Source: Cenococcum geophilum (Eukaryota). From it: 64,000 nucleotides of DNA. The notes below the pieces were generated by a model. That model saw nothing but the letters and a program-made list of their open reading frames with translations, ran no database searches and had not been told where the DNA came from. The translations under genes and the position numbers were made by a program. Positions 1-13,100 of the stretch are shown one piece after another. Each line of letters begins with the position of its first letter. Within the stretch, counting starts at the first letter, position 1. Location of the stretch: positions 4,464,001 through 4,528,000 of the forward strand of contig CP158635.1 of assembly GCA_050273025.1 (NCBI GenBank), given 5' to 3'.

Positions 1-588
1 ACTGACCCTCCGCCAACGGCTAAAAGGGCATCAGGCTGGTATGGTTTCGCGGCGGCAATTGCAGTTTTAATTCTACAATCCTATCAGCATAATTTCCTTG
101 GAACATAAATGTCACTTTCTCTTCTCCTAAAATAATATAATTACAGTGCCCTACTGTAAGAAACCCACTCACGAGCTGTCCTTCGGTTCCACCCGCACGC
201 CGTCGAATACCTCAAACGCAATTCCCTCAGCTTCCAAGGCCTGCACTACCTGCTTCATAGCATTCAGCTTCTTCACAGTGCTATCTGTAACCACCATGAC
301 CTTCTTCGCTCCCATGTTTTTGAAATCCATTCCCACCTCTTTTGTACATCCCGGACCGAACCTTATACTTGATGCTGCCATTTCAAAGGCATATTCCTTC
401 TGCTGAGAAGCATCAATTGGTGTAGCGAGAGACCGCCGAGCTTGATTTACTAAGGAAGGTGTTGCATGGTGGTGGTGGCCCGGGTTAGAGTGGCACGGGC
501 AAGACGGCGGGTGTGTATACTGGACGGTGCGGAGGAGATTGATGGCGCGTGCTGCGTGAGTGGGGGAGACGCGAATTGCTGTAGGCAT
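1..588 (-). CDS. ADHFE1: Hydroxyacid-oxoacid transhydrogenase (iron-containing ADH family), 5' part; exons 588-173 and 72-1, continues beyond the window
   Basis: Exon 1 has a presequence-like N-terminus, the CPCH motif and KEYAFEMAASSIRFGPG...FDGVRVEPKDSS. A GTGAG..TAG intron (172-73) follows. Exon 2 reads IKTAIAAAKPYQPDALLAVGGGSV, containing the Fe-ADH GGGS motif. Confidence 0.88.
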
Positions 589-1157
589 CTTGCGTTGCTA
601 CCGGTGCTAGAGGCCAAGTGGGATCAGCAAAGAAGTGCGATGGCTTGGAGAGGGGAGTAGCAACTTCGTCGAGAAATAAAGAGTAATTAATTAATCATAG
701 CGGAGACAAGTGCGGAGTGGTGGTGATCACATTCGAGGGGCCGAGGTCGCTTAATTGCCATTCTAGGGATCCCGAAAATAACAGTCCCAATTGTAGGAAT
801 AAAACGTCAGCCGAAATGATCGATGCAGGGGACGAAAGCTTAAGAGTCTTGAGGGTTCTCCCATAAAAAGAAATATAGAGGCGAGTTAATGCTACAAGGA
901 ACTCAGACTAAGCGCCGTTTTCAATCCAACACCAAAAAGCACTCCGCAAGCCTCGTAAATACAATTCGCAATCTTAATCAGGCATTTGAGAGCCCCTCAC
1001 CACTTCAATTGAGTTTGTGTGCACCGAATTTGTTCCGCCACACTGTTGGAAAGACAAAACCACCATCATAAAGATGATTAAGCAAAAAAATACGTTTAAA
1101 GGCTTGGAACCGAACACCAACCGGTGGGCTTATATGTAGTATAGGAGGCGACCCGTC

Positions 1158-3010
1158 CGGCGTGTCCGAGAGTCAGCGTCGCTGACAGCGTCGCTGCCAA
1201 GAGGCTGATAACGTACCTAGGTAAGCAGTCAGCGAGCTTATAGAGTTGTGGCAATCAGCTATAAGACTGCAGCTAACTAACAGCACGCTGCCTTAGTGGT
1301 AAGATTTAGTAATAAGCTAAAACTTTTGGTAGAAGTTAAGAAACCTATAGGAATCTCTTACTTAGCTACGATAAATAAAACATTCTCTCCAATATCTCTA
1401 TTATGCACCGTAAACCCATTCTCCTATACTAAAATTTACCATTTTATTACCTATATAAAATGCAACATATATTATATTTTACGCATTAGCTAGGTAGTAG
1501 AGCTTCTTCCTCTACTTCTTTCCTATTAGATTTATAATCTAACACTTACTAAGATTACTTTTAATATATTCTCTATACCGGCGATAAGCTCTATATATAA
1601 ATAAGACTTAGTTAAGTTAAAAAGATTATTACCGATAAGCGTTATAGACTATTAGCTAATATAATTAAAGCAGATTAGTATTAGAGGTAGTAGTTAATTA
1701 AAGGCCATTTATTAAGTAGTTTAATTAACTATATTAACTTTAATAGAGCTTTAACTATACATTAGTTAACGAACTTAAATCTTAATTTTGTTAGCTATAA
1801 GCTAACTAGAAAAGTAGAAAAGCTGGCTTAGTAAGGTATATTTAATAGAGCTTTATATTTTAATTAAATCTAATATAGAAATAGAGCCTCTAGAGCCCTT
1901 ATTACTAACTATTCTACCTACCTTTTTAAGTCTCTACGGGTACATAGGACGAATTTAACTATATTTAAATACTATATTAGATAAATTAGGGCTAATTTTT
2001 AATTAGGTAATATTAATATTTATATATAAAGAGTTACTGCCAAAAATCTGCAATAAAATACCACAAAGTCTATACAACTTTCCTAATTGGGACAGCTAGC
2101 TGACAGCGTGACAGCCCGCGTAAGTTATCCAACAGTCAGCGGACAGCGAGCGATCCAATCAGTGATGTCACTGGTTAGGTTACTTCATTGGATCGGTTCG
2201 GTTAAACCAAAATTCAAAGCCTAACCGGTTAGACGATTTTATTGGCTTAATCTGGATCGGTTCTGAAGTTTTAGCGATAACCAGGTAACCAGGAACCAGT
2301 AAGGCCTTAGTGGTAAGGATTTGGGTAAGGGCGAACGTCACCTAAGGGAGCCAAGCCTCGTCTATTGGCTTAAAATTGCCGTGTAGCAACGCCCTAGTTA
2401 ATCCGTTCGAGGCTTTGTAGATAACCAGATCCATTAGATGTAGTTAATTTAATGGAGTTAATAAAGTTACGGTGGTTATTCCTAACCGCGTTATCCCCAT
2501 CGCGTCGCCTATATCACGTCGCCCATAACGCGTCGCCTTTATTATTACTACCCTTATTACTGCCCTCATCGCGTTACCCTTATTACTGCCCATATACTGC
2601 CCTCATTGTTTTATAATTAATAACTAATTGTCGTTTAACACCATGCCAAGACTCGCGATAGTAAGTACGACGTTCTAATTTGCTCATTGATCGCTAATAT
2701 CACTGCTGACGTCCTGCAAGCTTTATAGGACCTCTATATACTATTTCATTACTTTATACAACTCCTCCGTACCTTCCTTAAGCACCTTTACCGCTTTATA
2801 CACTATATTACTCCAAAATCTATATATTTTATCCGGTTGATCTGGTTTAACCGGTTACATAACCGGTTAGTAGCCTAAATCCGAATTTTGGATCGGTTTT
2901 GGCCTCATTTTTGTAACCTAACCTAACCGCTGACATCACTGGATCCAATTGACGCGGTCAGTCAGCTGTGAGGCTCAAGCTCGCAGCTAGGCTGACTGTT
3001 GGGCACATTG
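1158..3010 (+). mobile_element. Internally deleted, RIP-mutated hAT transposon
   Basis: Imperfect TIRs: CGGCGTGTCCGAGAGTCAGC at the left and, reverse-complemented, CAATGTGCCCAACAGTCAGC at the right. 8-bp TSD GACCCGTC (1150-1157) / AACCCGTC (3011-3018). Relic of the hAT C-terminal dimerisation domain (FSIPAISS...KKIITDKRYRLLANII) at about 1565-1675. Confidence 0.8.
2160..2941. mobile_element. Non-autonomous hAT element (782 bp) nested in the right arm of the 1158-3010 element
   Basis: TIRs CAGTGATGTCA-nn-GGTTAGGTTA at both ends. Perfect 8-bp TSD GATCCAAT (2152-2159, 2942-2949). Subterminal CCGGTT/GGATCGGTT repeats. An empty-site version of the host sequence lies at 59040-59136. Confidence 0.9.
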
Positions 3011-3040
3011 AACCCGTCAATCCAACCTCAGACGACCGGA

Positions 3041-5302
3041 TTAGTGGCGGCGAAGATACATAACCAACCAACCGAAAAGTCTATATCCCAGGGTTATTAG
3101 CAACATATAACCGACATATTTGCCAGTATTCTGCGTGTCGAAGTTATATGTGGCCAAAACGCCTTTGCCATCAATCTTACACTGGTCTGCAAGATCTGTG
3201 ACATACATGCAGTGGCACTTGCTGTCACACTCATACGTTCTATAGCCAAACTCATTGACCATCATGCCTCGGAAGACGTAGGCTTGATAATCAATGTAGT
3301 GGAAGACGTATCGCCAGAAGACGTTCAAGGTTTCGGGAGCTACCATGAAACCATTGACGCTCATCCATAAACCGTTTGCAAACGCTGTAGCTGCAAGAGC
3401 AATTACAAAGATTGGCACAAGGCTGGACAAGAACACGACTAGGGACTCAGCGGCGACGAGATCAAGGAAGAGCCACATAACCCAGATCCAGAACCCTTCA
3501 GCTGATGGTCGGAAGTTGGAGAGCCAGTAGGTTACAACGGAGAAGAGAAGCGAAATGATGACTAAACTTCTATTAGCAGCTGTAGTTCCAGAGGTGATGA
3601 AGGCTTCTACATAGATATGGGAGGCCGACCATGAAGTTAGCGACCATGAAAGCAGTTGGGCCATAAAGGCCATTCGCTCTTTCCTTAATGTAAAGTTGTC
3701 GGTCTTCCAAGAAAGCTGGGATATAAGCAACCTAGTACATCCGATCAGCATTAGTACCTTAAACCATCATACGTAGGAAATACTCACCGCCATGAAAGAC
3801 ATGAAGGCGCCGCCGAAGAACTATAAACTTGTTAGCAATGCCAGAAAACACTGAGAGCAAGGGAGAGCTCACAATTGCGTTAATAAAAGATTCGATATTC
3901 TCTTGACCCGTTCCAAGACGTAGCCATACTGTCCCCATCATGATCGCGAGTCCCATATACATTGCAATACGAATTCCGTAGGCGACGACGTCCCGATAAC
4001 TCTTAATAAAGGAACGGTGTATCAGCGTGAGAGGAAGCATAAATTTATTGGCCGACCCATGTTCATCCTCCCATTTGGTCTCCGCAGAACCTGAAGTCTC
4101 TCCTTCTATCTCCCGGACGACTGTCAATGCATTCTCTGACTTGCTCCATAAGCCCTGAATGTTATCCAACTGCTCAGTTGCCTTTTCCTGATTCCGAGAA
4201 AAATCCGTGTTCACTAGCTCGATGACGAACTCTGCCGGGTTCATGTACAAGGGCATCTTATATCCCATTGAGTCGAAATATTCCTTGACATCAGAGACTG
4301 GACCATTGTAGGCGGTTCTGCCGCGCGACAGCAGGAGGAGCTTGTCGAAAAGCTCAAACGTCGTGGTAGAAGGTTGATGGATGCTAGCGATCACGAGAAG
4401 CTAAAAAGAATTAGTCTAAAGAAACAGCAAAGTATGATCCAACAATCGCGTACATTGTGCTTCTTAGCAATATTTCTCACAAAGGAGATGACTTCGAAGC
4501 TTGCAGCTGAATCCAAGCCACTTGTCGGCTCGTCGAGGAACAGAAGTTTTGGACTGGTGATAAGTTGGCTAGCTACGCTTATTCGCCGCTTCTGTCCGCC
4601 ACTGAGACCCTTGCGGATCGGTGTGCCGATAAGTGTACCTGCTTGCCCTTGAAGACCAAATGCTGCAACAAGGGCGTCGATTCTTGCAACTCTCTCCGAT
4701 TTGCCAATAGAGCTTGTGCATGATTAGCCTCCGTATCATTTCCAACAGAACTGCTCCACCGACCTGGGTAACGATAATCTTGCCGCAAAATATAGGGTTT
4801 CTTTCACGGTCAAAGATCCAATTAGGGCATCCTCTTGCTCAACATATGAGCTGATCTTGCGAAAGTCCTTCAAAGATGTTTCCTTCCCATTAAGGTAAAG
4901 AGATTTCTGTACAGAAGCACTTGGAGTCGCTTCTCGATGAGCAAGTACGTTGAGTAATGTAGTCTTGCCGGAACCGCTGAATGGTACGGGTTAGCTTGAT
5001 TTCCGAGTCTTTTGCGTAGACACCCACCTTGGGCCCATTAGAGCAAGTAGCTCACCTAGGAGACAAAAGGATTTAGTTTTCGTCCCAAAATCTGGTAAAT
5101 GTAGTCGAATAGTGTAAAAAGATGTCTTACCAGCTTTAATCATTCCATTAACGCTCGACAAAATATCTTTGGGTTGTTTTGTTTGACGGTCCTTCACAGT
5201 GACACTAATCCCCTCCCACCCGAAACTCTTGATAGACGTGTTAGTTAAATGGGCGTAATCTCCACCATTCTTCTCAACATCTGAGGCCACAGGCGATTCC
5301 AT
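3041..5302 (-). CDS. ABCG-family half ABC transporter (NBD-TMD), multi-exon, apparently intact
   Basis: The spliced reading gives Walker A GPSGSGKTT, Q-loop YVEQED, signature LSGGQKRR, Walker [14 protein letters not shown]-loop IHQPS, and a TMD including [21 protein letters not shown] introns keep the frame. ATG at 5302, stop at 3041-3043. Confidence 0.92.
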
Positions 5303-6403
5303 AGCGTTTCGTAAGTAGTTTGACGAAAGAATTGTATTCCAATAGATATTTTTGTAAAGATGTGTAATAGTGCTCACAAGTTAATTTGACAGGGATGGGG
5401 AAGCACAAAGCAAATAAATTACAATACTAGCAACATGTTTTGACAACTAGAAGACAGAAGGGAGACAGCTAGATATAAGTGCAAATGCAACCAAAGGACG
5501 CAGCTGCATCCTACGAAGGATTAATCGTTTGAACGGCGAGGTACATCCCTCGAAGGATTACGTTACATTTCATGGACAGCTAGCCAAACCATTGAGAGGG
5601 AGGTTATGCATGCCAAGGATGTAAGCATCTGGACCACGTCTCGCTACCATTGGTCCAATAAATGCGTTGTAAGGCTGAGGCTACATTCGGGTAACTTTCA
5701 GCCGCTGCCAGCTCGCCGACCTCCGAGGGCAGGGGGTCCACGTCACCGAAAACCTCAGATAATGCCCAGGCGCTGGCAGCATCATAACCAATGAAAGTAC
5801 GGTGTAGGTGAGCTTCATTACCACGAAAAAGTATTCCAACGGTTTCCTTATTCCTTTCAGCCCAATGCAAGCATTCCTTCAGTCAGCCAACTCTCCATAT
5901 CCCTGCATGATCTAACCACGAACCCCAAATTCGAACCGATCTTAGTACATTGCGCCTGGGCCTTGTGGTATTGTGACGAGTCAATGCGAGTAATGTAGAG
6001 CCCCAAGGCATCCACGGCCATCCGCATGGACGATAGCATCACGAAATAGGCCAGCTCTCGTCTGATTTTTAGCGAATTCTCACGGGGCAGCAACTTCAGC
6101 TTCCAATAGTACCAAAGCCACAGCGCGATTAAAACGGTAAGTGTGGAGGGTATCCTACTAGCATGGATATTCGGATGCATGCTTTCAAAATCCCTGAATC
6201 TCATCTATTGAGAAGGAATTTGGCAGGGTTTTATGCTGTTGGTATGCTGTATACAAGTGCTTTGATGCCATGTATTTTCGGCATCTGTGACTCTCCCAAC
6301 TAGCCGCCAACAATCTCTAAAATTTCAAACTTCTTACGGCACGTATTATCTATCCTTTATTAAAGTTCGGTCTTTATTCGCCAAGCCCCTCGTAGTTCCT
6401 AGG

Positions 6404-7076
6404 ATGAATTCTTCATCTGCCTCTCCCGGTGAAGATGCTGGTGACAGACTACCAACGGCCTACAACAAGTATGTTGAGGAGATTAGAGACGATGAATATC
6501 CTATGCTTAAAGGTTGAACCTACGGTTGCTAGCTCTAAATCGCCTAAACTAATTAATTTATCTAGGAAAAACGTACCTCGACCACGGAGGCACTACCGTA
6601 AGCTCCATAGAAACCGTGCACACATTGGCGGCCTCTAACTACTTCAGTTGTACGCCAGATCTCTCGTCGAGAAGTTCTCCGAAGACTTAGTTTCGAATCT
6701 ATACGGAAACCCTCATTCGGCTTCAACGCCCTCTACTCTTGCTGGAGACCGAGTAGACGAGGTCAGAATTCGCACACTACAGTTCTTCAACGCCGACCCG
6801 GACCATTTCGATTTGATATTTGCATCCAATGCTACTGCCGCCATCAAACTCGTCGCCGAGTCCTTTAGAGACTATCATGAATCAAGTGAGAGTAATAAAA
6901 GGCAGAAGGGATTTTGGTACGGATACCATCGGGATGCACATACAAGCCTCATTGGGATCCGCGAATTTACTCATGGCAGTCACTTCTGCTTCCGGGATGA
7001 TGAACAAGTCAACCGGTGGGTTGATGGATCTGAGGATGGAGCTAAAGTCAAACTGGGTCCTCTCAAAGGACAAATC
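6404..7076 (+). pseudogene. Molybdenum cofactor sulfurase-like (hxB/ABA3-type PLP, class V aminotransferase) gene, 5' half, interrupted by a hAT insertion
   Basis: Exons encode IRDDEYPMLKG / KTYLDHGGTT / LYARSL...LYGNPHS...IFASNATAAIKLVAESF...YHRDAHTSLIGIRE. The gene ends at TSD GACAAATC (7069-7076); reading on into the TIR stops at TAA 7089-7091. Confidence 0.9.
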
Positions 7077-7439
7077 CAGCGTGGCCAATAAACCGTCGAT
7101 TGGATTAATAAGGCTTCGATTAATTGATTGGATTGTTAATTGAAGCCGTTAAATTAGACGGATTATTAAGATCGGATTGCAAACAATCGCAATCCGATGG
7201 TTAGATTGAACTCGCAATTCTTGGCATGGTGTTAAGGCTTAAGTTGAGGCTCGGCGCCAGATCGTCAATCGCTCACCCAAATCCAGAGCCTAGATCTCGA
7301 CTCACGATCCTTGGCATAGTGTCGCAATTAATATTTATTATAAAATCAGTTATAATAGAAAATAAGAAGCTAAATATTACCGTACTACCTAGCAGAATAA
7401 GTAATAAAATATAGCGAATCTGACACCCAATTAAGCCCC

Positions 7440-8897
7440 AGGAACTCCCATTCTTAACCACTTCCTTAAGCACTCTTCTTCCTTAATTAAAGCAGCTTAA
7501 AAGCGATTACAATTAGGTGTAACCATTCTACCTATGTCGCTAAATATCCTTTCGCATTCGGTACTTATTCTAGGGCAACTATAAAGCTCTAAAGCTAATT
7601 TGTAAAGGATAGGGTACTACTCACGATAATCTACCTACCACTTAATAGGATTTATAATCTTTTCCTTAAAAGGGGAGGCACAGTATCTATTAAATTCGTC
7701 CTCAACTGCTTACTTAGTGTTAGTAAGGCATAGGAAACGACTAAAATCTAATACCTTTTCTTCCTTAGAGTCCTTATTAAGTTCGGGCGATTAGTATAGC
7801 GATTTGGATGCAGCGGCGTGCTCCTCTGCAACAACAGCAATTTAATGCTGCTGTATATATTCTACCTAGTAGCCCTTTACTTCCTTCTTACAGTCATTAA
7901 TCCAGGCCTTATTACTTACCCACTTCTCTTTAAAGTAGTCAAACTTAAGGCCAGGGTAAAGTATAACAGTAGCGCAATAAGCAGGTATAAGATCGGTGCG
8001 CTTATAGTAAGCTCTTATCTTAAGATGGCCGAAGTTAACAGCTATTTTATATTAAGGAGTTAGTGATTAGAGCTTTAACAAGTTAGTAGGCTTCCTACCT
8101 GTTTTAAAATAGCTATTTAGCTTATTCTACAGCTCCTATACAGTAGATTCTAGGTACTCTAGAATATAATCTATTATAGGAAGCACCTCCTATAAGGCGC
8201 CGTGCGTTCCGTCCTGGGCGTTACCTTTAATTTGCTTTATTATTTGCTATATAGGAAGCAGAAGCTTATAGAACTGTTCTAGTTTAGCCCAGTCCTCATT
8301 TAAAAGGCGATCTCGCGATAGAGCTGCATAACGTCCGTAGGTAAGGTCGATGGCGTTATAAAGTAGTAGTACTATAAGAAAATATTAGTCGTTATTTTAT
8401 AAATGGTATCTAATATCTATATATATACGATTTTGGTGTAAAATACACTAAAAGCGTATAAAATCCACACTTAGTAGCATTTTGACGATGACTATATATA
8501 TTTAAGAGGAAAAAAAGGACAGATTTAAGAGAGAGTAGGGTAAGAAAATTCGCAAAATTATAAGCTAAATCGTTAGTCTTAATTTAAGTATTAACAACAC
8601 CAAATATAAAAGTTCTAAATAGCGGAACTGCGCGATATAAGGTTGCTTTAAATGCTCTAAAATAGGGGAATAAAAAAAATAAAGTATGGGGGAGTTATAT
8701 AAGTAATAGGGGAGGTGGTATAATAGGAGCTCTTTTCTAAAGCTCCCTTAGTAAAAGTTTTACTTACCAATATCTACTTATAAGAACGTTAAGTTCCACT
8801 TTACTCCACCGTCGCTTAGTACTATATAAGCTATAAATAGCTAATCTAGCTTTAATTTAGTAGACGGGCAGAATCTTTAAAGCTCCTTAAAGGCCTA
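7440..8897 (-). pseudogene. hAT transposase, C-terminal part (RIP-degraded)
   Basis: DGGVKWNLTF (RWNS-like motif), a probable intron at about 8382-8767, and the dimerisation domain CPRISTECERIFSDIGRMVT...EECLRKW containing the catalytic E. Confidence 0.8.
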
Positions 8898-8902
8898 CAT
8901 AC

Positions 8903-9327
8903 TGTAACGGAACCTTATAGCAAGAACTACAATGGGTTCGTCAATGGGCTAGGTATATAGGAAATGCAAGTACAAAAGTTAACAAGGTAATAACAACTGG
9001 TAGAGTGGTTGCCCAATAGATTAACTCCAATTGTATTCTAAGAATTACTATAAGGAAGGAACTATCTAGGTAGGGACTGAGGGTCCTTAAATACACAACC
9101 GTACTCCTAAGAAAGTTGTTGCTCTATCTTCTCTATCTACTCTACTCGCTCTGCAACAGATCTCACAGATTACACAGATTACATAGATTACATCACGTGA
9201 CTCTGCTTACTATTTCTCGTCACATGGTTCTACGGGTTCTATCCTAGACCGTGCCTATATTAACCAACTAGCTTCTTCTAACTCTTCTCTAAGTAGTTAT
9301 AATATTGTACTTAAAGCGTCTATAACA
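8903..9327 (-). repeat. 3' LTR of element E
   Basis: TG...CA termini. Matches 16429-16853 with mostly transition differences. Contains ACAGATTAC-type tandem repeats followed by TCACGTGA. Confidence 0.93.
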
Positions 9328-9435
9328 CTATCTCCCTTCTTTCTATCTTCGTCCTTAAAGATACCTAGTATCTCTAGGTCGTTTACTAGAGGTATAATAT
9401 CCGTCTAATTAATTTAGTTAACATTGTTACTTATA

Positions 9436-10120
9436 ATGCCTAAAGCATCCTCTCTTTCTTCTATAGCTCGCCGGTCTCGTACTATTGCTACGATATTATC
9501 TCTTGGTAAAATAATGCTATTTCCGTGTTCTTGTTGTGCGAAAGAGGGGTTAGTCTATATTGCGTTAGTAAGTCCTTTATCTTAATAACCTTCCTCTTGC
9601 TTGGAGTGCACTAAAGCGAATATTTATTCGTCCTATGACGTTCGCTCTACTTCTAATGCTAAATATACGCGACCTATTACTCTTAATAGTCGTCTGGTTC
9701 CCTAATTAATTTATCTTAGGGTCTTATATTTAATCTGCTACTACGCGGCTAAATAGTAAACTGTTGCAAGCCCTTGCTAAATTAGAATATTCTTATAATG
9801 CGGAACAGAAGGCTCTAGATGCTTAAATTACGGCGTCTATTCATCTGCTTCGTCTTAAGAAAGTTTATAAAAAGGTTTATTCTAAGGAGTAAAAACTTAT
9901 AGAATAAGGTTTGCAGGAACTAGGTAATAAAAAAACGGATTCTCTTTTAACAGAGAAGGAAACAAATCCAAGTAGTTTAGCAACTGCTCTTCTTAGGTCC
10001 CCCTTAGGTAACTTATTCTTTGGCGATCCTTCTTTATTAATACTACCTAACCTAATCTCTTCTAATACTCCTATACCTTTTCTATAGCGTTCTTTAAATT
10101 CTCTAGTAGCTCCTAGGTAG
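9436..10120 (+). pseudogene. Antisense accessory gene of element E: Cys6 (Zn2Cys6-like) domain, intron and coiled coil, RIP-degraded
   Basis: ATG 9436 is in frame with PCSCCAKEGLVYIALVSPLS**PSSCLECTKANIYSSYD; both Y codons at Cys positions are TAT, one transition from TGT. Probable intron at about 9665-9718. Exon 2 is heptad-like (LLRLKKV..KE*KLIE*GLQEL). 3' end approximate. Confidence 0.6.
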
Positions 10121-13100
10121 TCTCAGTATAGCCTATCTACTTTACTTTATACTATATTTCGTTGTTAATATCCTTATAACTAATAATCCTTAAAACTTGC
10201 CATTTGTCTTCTTCCTGCCCTCTATATATATCTGCTTTATAGACTAATAGCTTAATATTCCTATATACTGGCTCTAGCATTATAATATGCTGTATAGGGT
10301 AGATCTTTATTTTAGCTAGTAGGTTTAACTTAAATATAACTAGTGAAATCCTTTATATAATTTTAAAAGGTCCTAGTCTAATATAGTCTAATTTCTTACT
10401 TGGTCGTTAACTCTTAAAATTTTTATATAGTAGCTACACTTTATCTCCCTCCTTAAGATCTGGTCCCTTAGATCTCTTAGCATTATAGTACTTTTTTATT
10501 CTCTCTTATACTTTCTTTACTAATTCCATAAGGTCTACATAAAGATTTATTAATCTCTTTATTCTCTTTTTAGCTATACTACTCATTTTCTTCGCTTGCT
10601 GTAGTAATAACGATATTCTTAGCTTATATCTATAATTTACCTTAAATAGTAATATGCCTATTCCTTCTTAAGGTGTTATATTATATATAAACTATATAAC
10701 TAGTAATAGCGATACCCAATTATTCTATATATGATTAATATAATACCTTAGATACTGCTTTAGCGTCTAATTTAACCTTTCTATTTAACTATCTGTCTGT
10801 AGATAATATATAGTAGAAGTTACTACTTAAACTCCTTACTCCGCTAAGAACACTTCCTAAAATGCTGCTACAAATCTTAGATCTTTGTCCGATATAATCT
10901 TGCTTAATACTCTATGTCTTATAAACACTTCTTTAACATAGATTCTAGCAATATCTTCTGCTGAGATTTCTTCTATATATGCTATAAAGTATCCCCACTT
11001 TATAAGCTTATCTACTATTACTAAGATTGCGTTATAATCTTATCCGGTAATAGGATCTTTTAATTTTGGCAACTTAATAATAAAGTCCTATAATATAACC
11101 TCCTATAGTTTCTCTGGTATTTTAATAGGTTATAGCCCTCTATATGGCTTATACCTTATTAGTTTATTTCTTTAGCAATCTAGATATTCCTTTATAACCT
11201 TTCTGGCTATCCTTTAGATTCTATTAATAATGTACTCCTCCTAGAGTCTTAACACTAAGCCTGTAGCTCTATTATGTCCTTAGGTTAGTCCCTTATAGAA
11301 GTCTTCTATAAACTCCTCCGCTATACTTCTTAGGATATACTTTACTTCTTAATTTTCGTATATATCCGTTTATAGATCTTCTAGCTATACTTCTAAAATT
11401 CTTTATACCTAAAAGCTTTCTAGCATCTCGTAGACTTTCTCTAGTTTATTGTCTTCTTAAGTTGCTATAATTTTTGGATAATTGTACCTAATTAATCCGT
11501 CTATATCCTTTCGCAATAAAGCCCCTAATAGCTTTTCCTTATTTTATAGTTTAGCTTTACGGCTTAGAGCATCTGCCCGCGTATTGTCTGTACCCTTAGT
11601 ATACTAAATCTTAAAATAGTATTCCGTAAGCATCTCTGCCTATCTAACCTATCTTTAGTTAAGTTCCTTTATTATTAGAAATCCTATTAGGTTCTTATAA
11701 TCCATCTTAACTATAAATGGTTTCTCTATACCTTATAAGAATGCTTTCTATTCCTTTAATACTATAACTATACCTAACAACTCTTTGTTATAGATGTTAT
11801 AGTTTAACTCCGGTGGTGTTATCTTTCGACTATAGTATGCTACTAGGTGCTATCTATTTTAATATCTTTATATAAAGCACGCCCCTAGTATATAGTCTAA
11901 TATATCTGTTTCTACAACCGTCTCTAGTCCTAGTTAATAGATCTTAAGAACTAGCTCTTAGGTAAACAACTCTTTAACTTTTTTAAAGAGTTTTCTTTAC
12001 TCCTCCCCCTATGCCTATAGTTCTTCTTTCTTTATTAACCGCGTAAATGGCTTAGTGTCCTTTAACCACTGCGCTATAAACCTTCTATAGTAATTATAAA
12101 ACCCTAGGAATAATCTTAACTATATAACGTTCTTTAGTTCCTACCAATTTACTATAGCCTTAATCTTCTTTAGATCTATACCAAGTTAGCCTAGTTTAAT
12201 AATAAATCTAATAAAATTAGTCTTCCTAGTAAAGAACTCGCATTTCTTAATTACTACTGGCATTTGTTCTTCTTATAGTCTCTTTAAAACCCATTTAATG
12301 TGTTCCCTATGTTCTTCCTTAGTTATTAAGTAGATAATGATATTATTAAGATACGCTATAACAAATTCATCCAAGTATTCTTCTAATATATTATTAATAC
12401 GCTTCTAGAATGTTACTAATGCGTTTATAAGCCTAAATTGCATAACTAATAGTTTATATAGTCCTTCCTTTAACCTAAAGGCTGCCTTCTATTTATCACC
12501 TTCCTTAATCCTGATTTAATGGTACGCCCATCTTAGATCTATCTTTGTGAAGATTTACGCATTACCTATTCTATCTTAGATTTTGCTAATTAAGGGTAAA
12601 GGATACCTATCCTTCCTAGTAATGCTGTTTAACTATCTATAGTTAATACACAGCCTTAGTTTGCTATTCTTCTTTAGTATAAATAGTACTGGATAACCCG
12701 CCAATAACTATAATGGTCTAATATATCCCTTTTATAGATTTTCCTAAATAAACTCTTTTAACGCTCTACCTTCTTCTTCAGTAAGCTTATAGATTGGGAA
12801 GAACTTTAGACTTATTCCTAGTTCTAACTCTATTTTATAGTCCCATGCTATATATTCTAATAGCTTTTTGCTTTCCGGTGACTATAGTCTCTTACCGTAC
12901 TTATAGTATCTCTTTAGTATATAGCTTAGTCCTTTTTCTGTTTCTTTATAGGTTGCTCCTACTTAGTACTATACCAACTTAGCTTATTATTATATCTTGC
13001 GGCGTTAAGTATTTCTAATATTAACCTAACCTGTAATCTAATTAATTCTTAGATTATATTTCTGTAACCAAGGCATGCCTAATACTGCCTCGTCCTGTCC

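Noticed and set aside
2914..2928. (TAACC)3 telomere-like repeat
   Set aside because: It is part of the nested hAT TIR, too short, and not the fungal TTAGGG repeat.
5604..6204. Short ORFs between the ABCG and sulfurase-like genes
   Set aside because: I found no recognisable motif or consistent exon structure. A gene relic cannot be excluded without a search.
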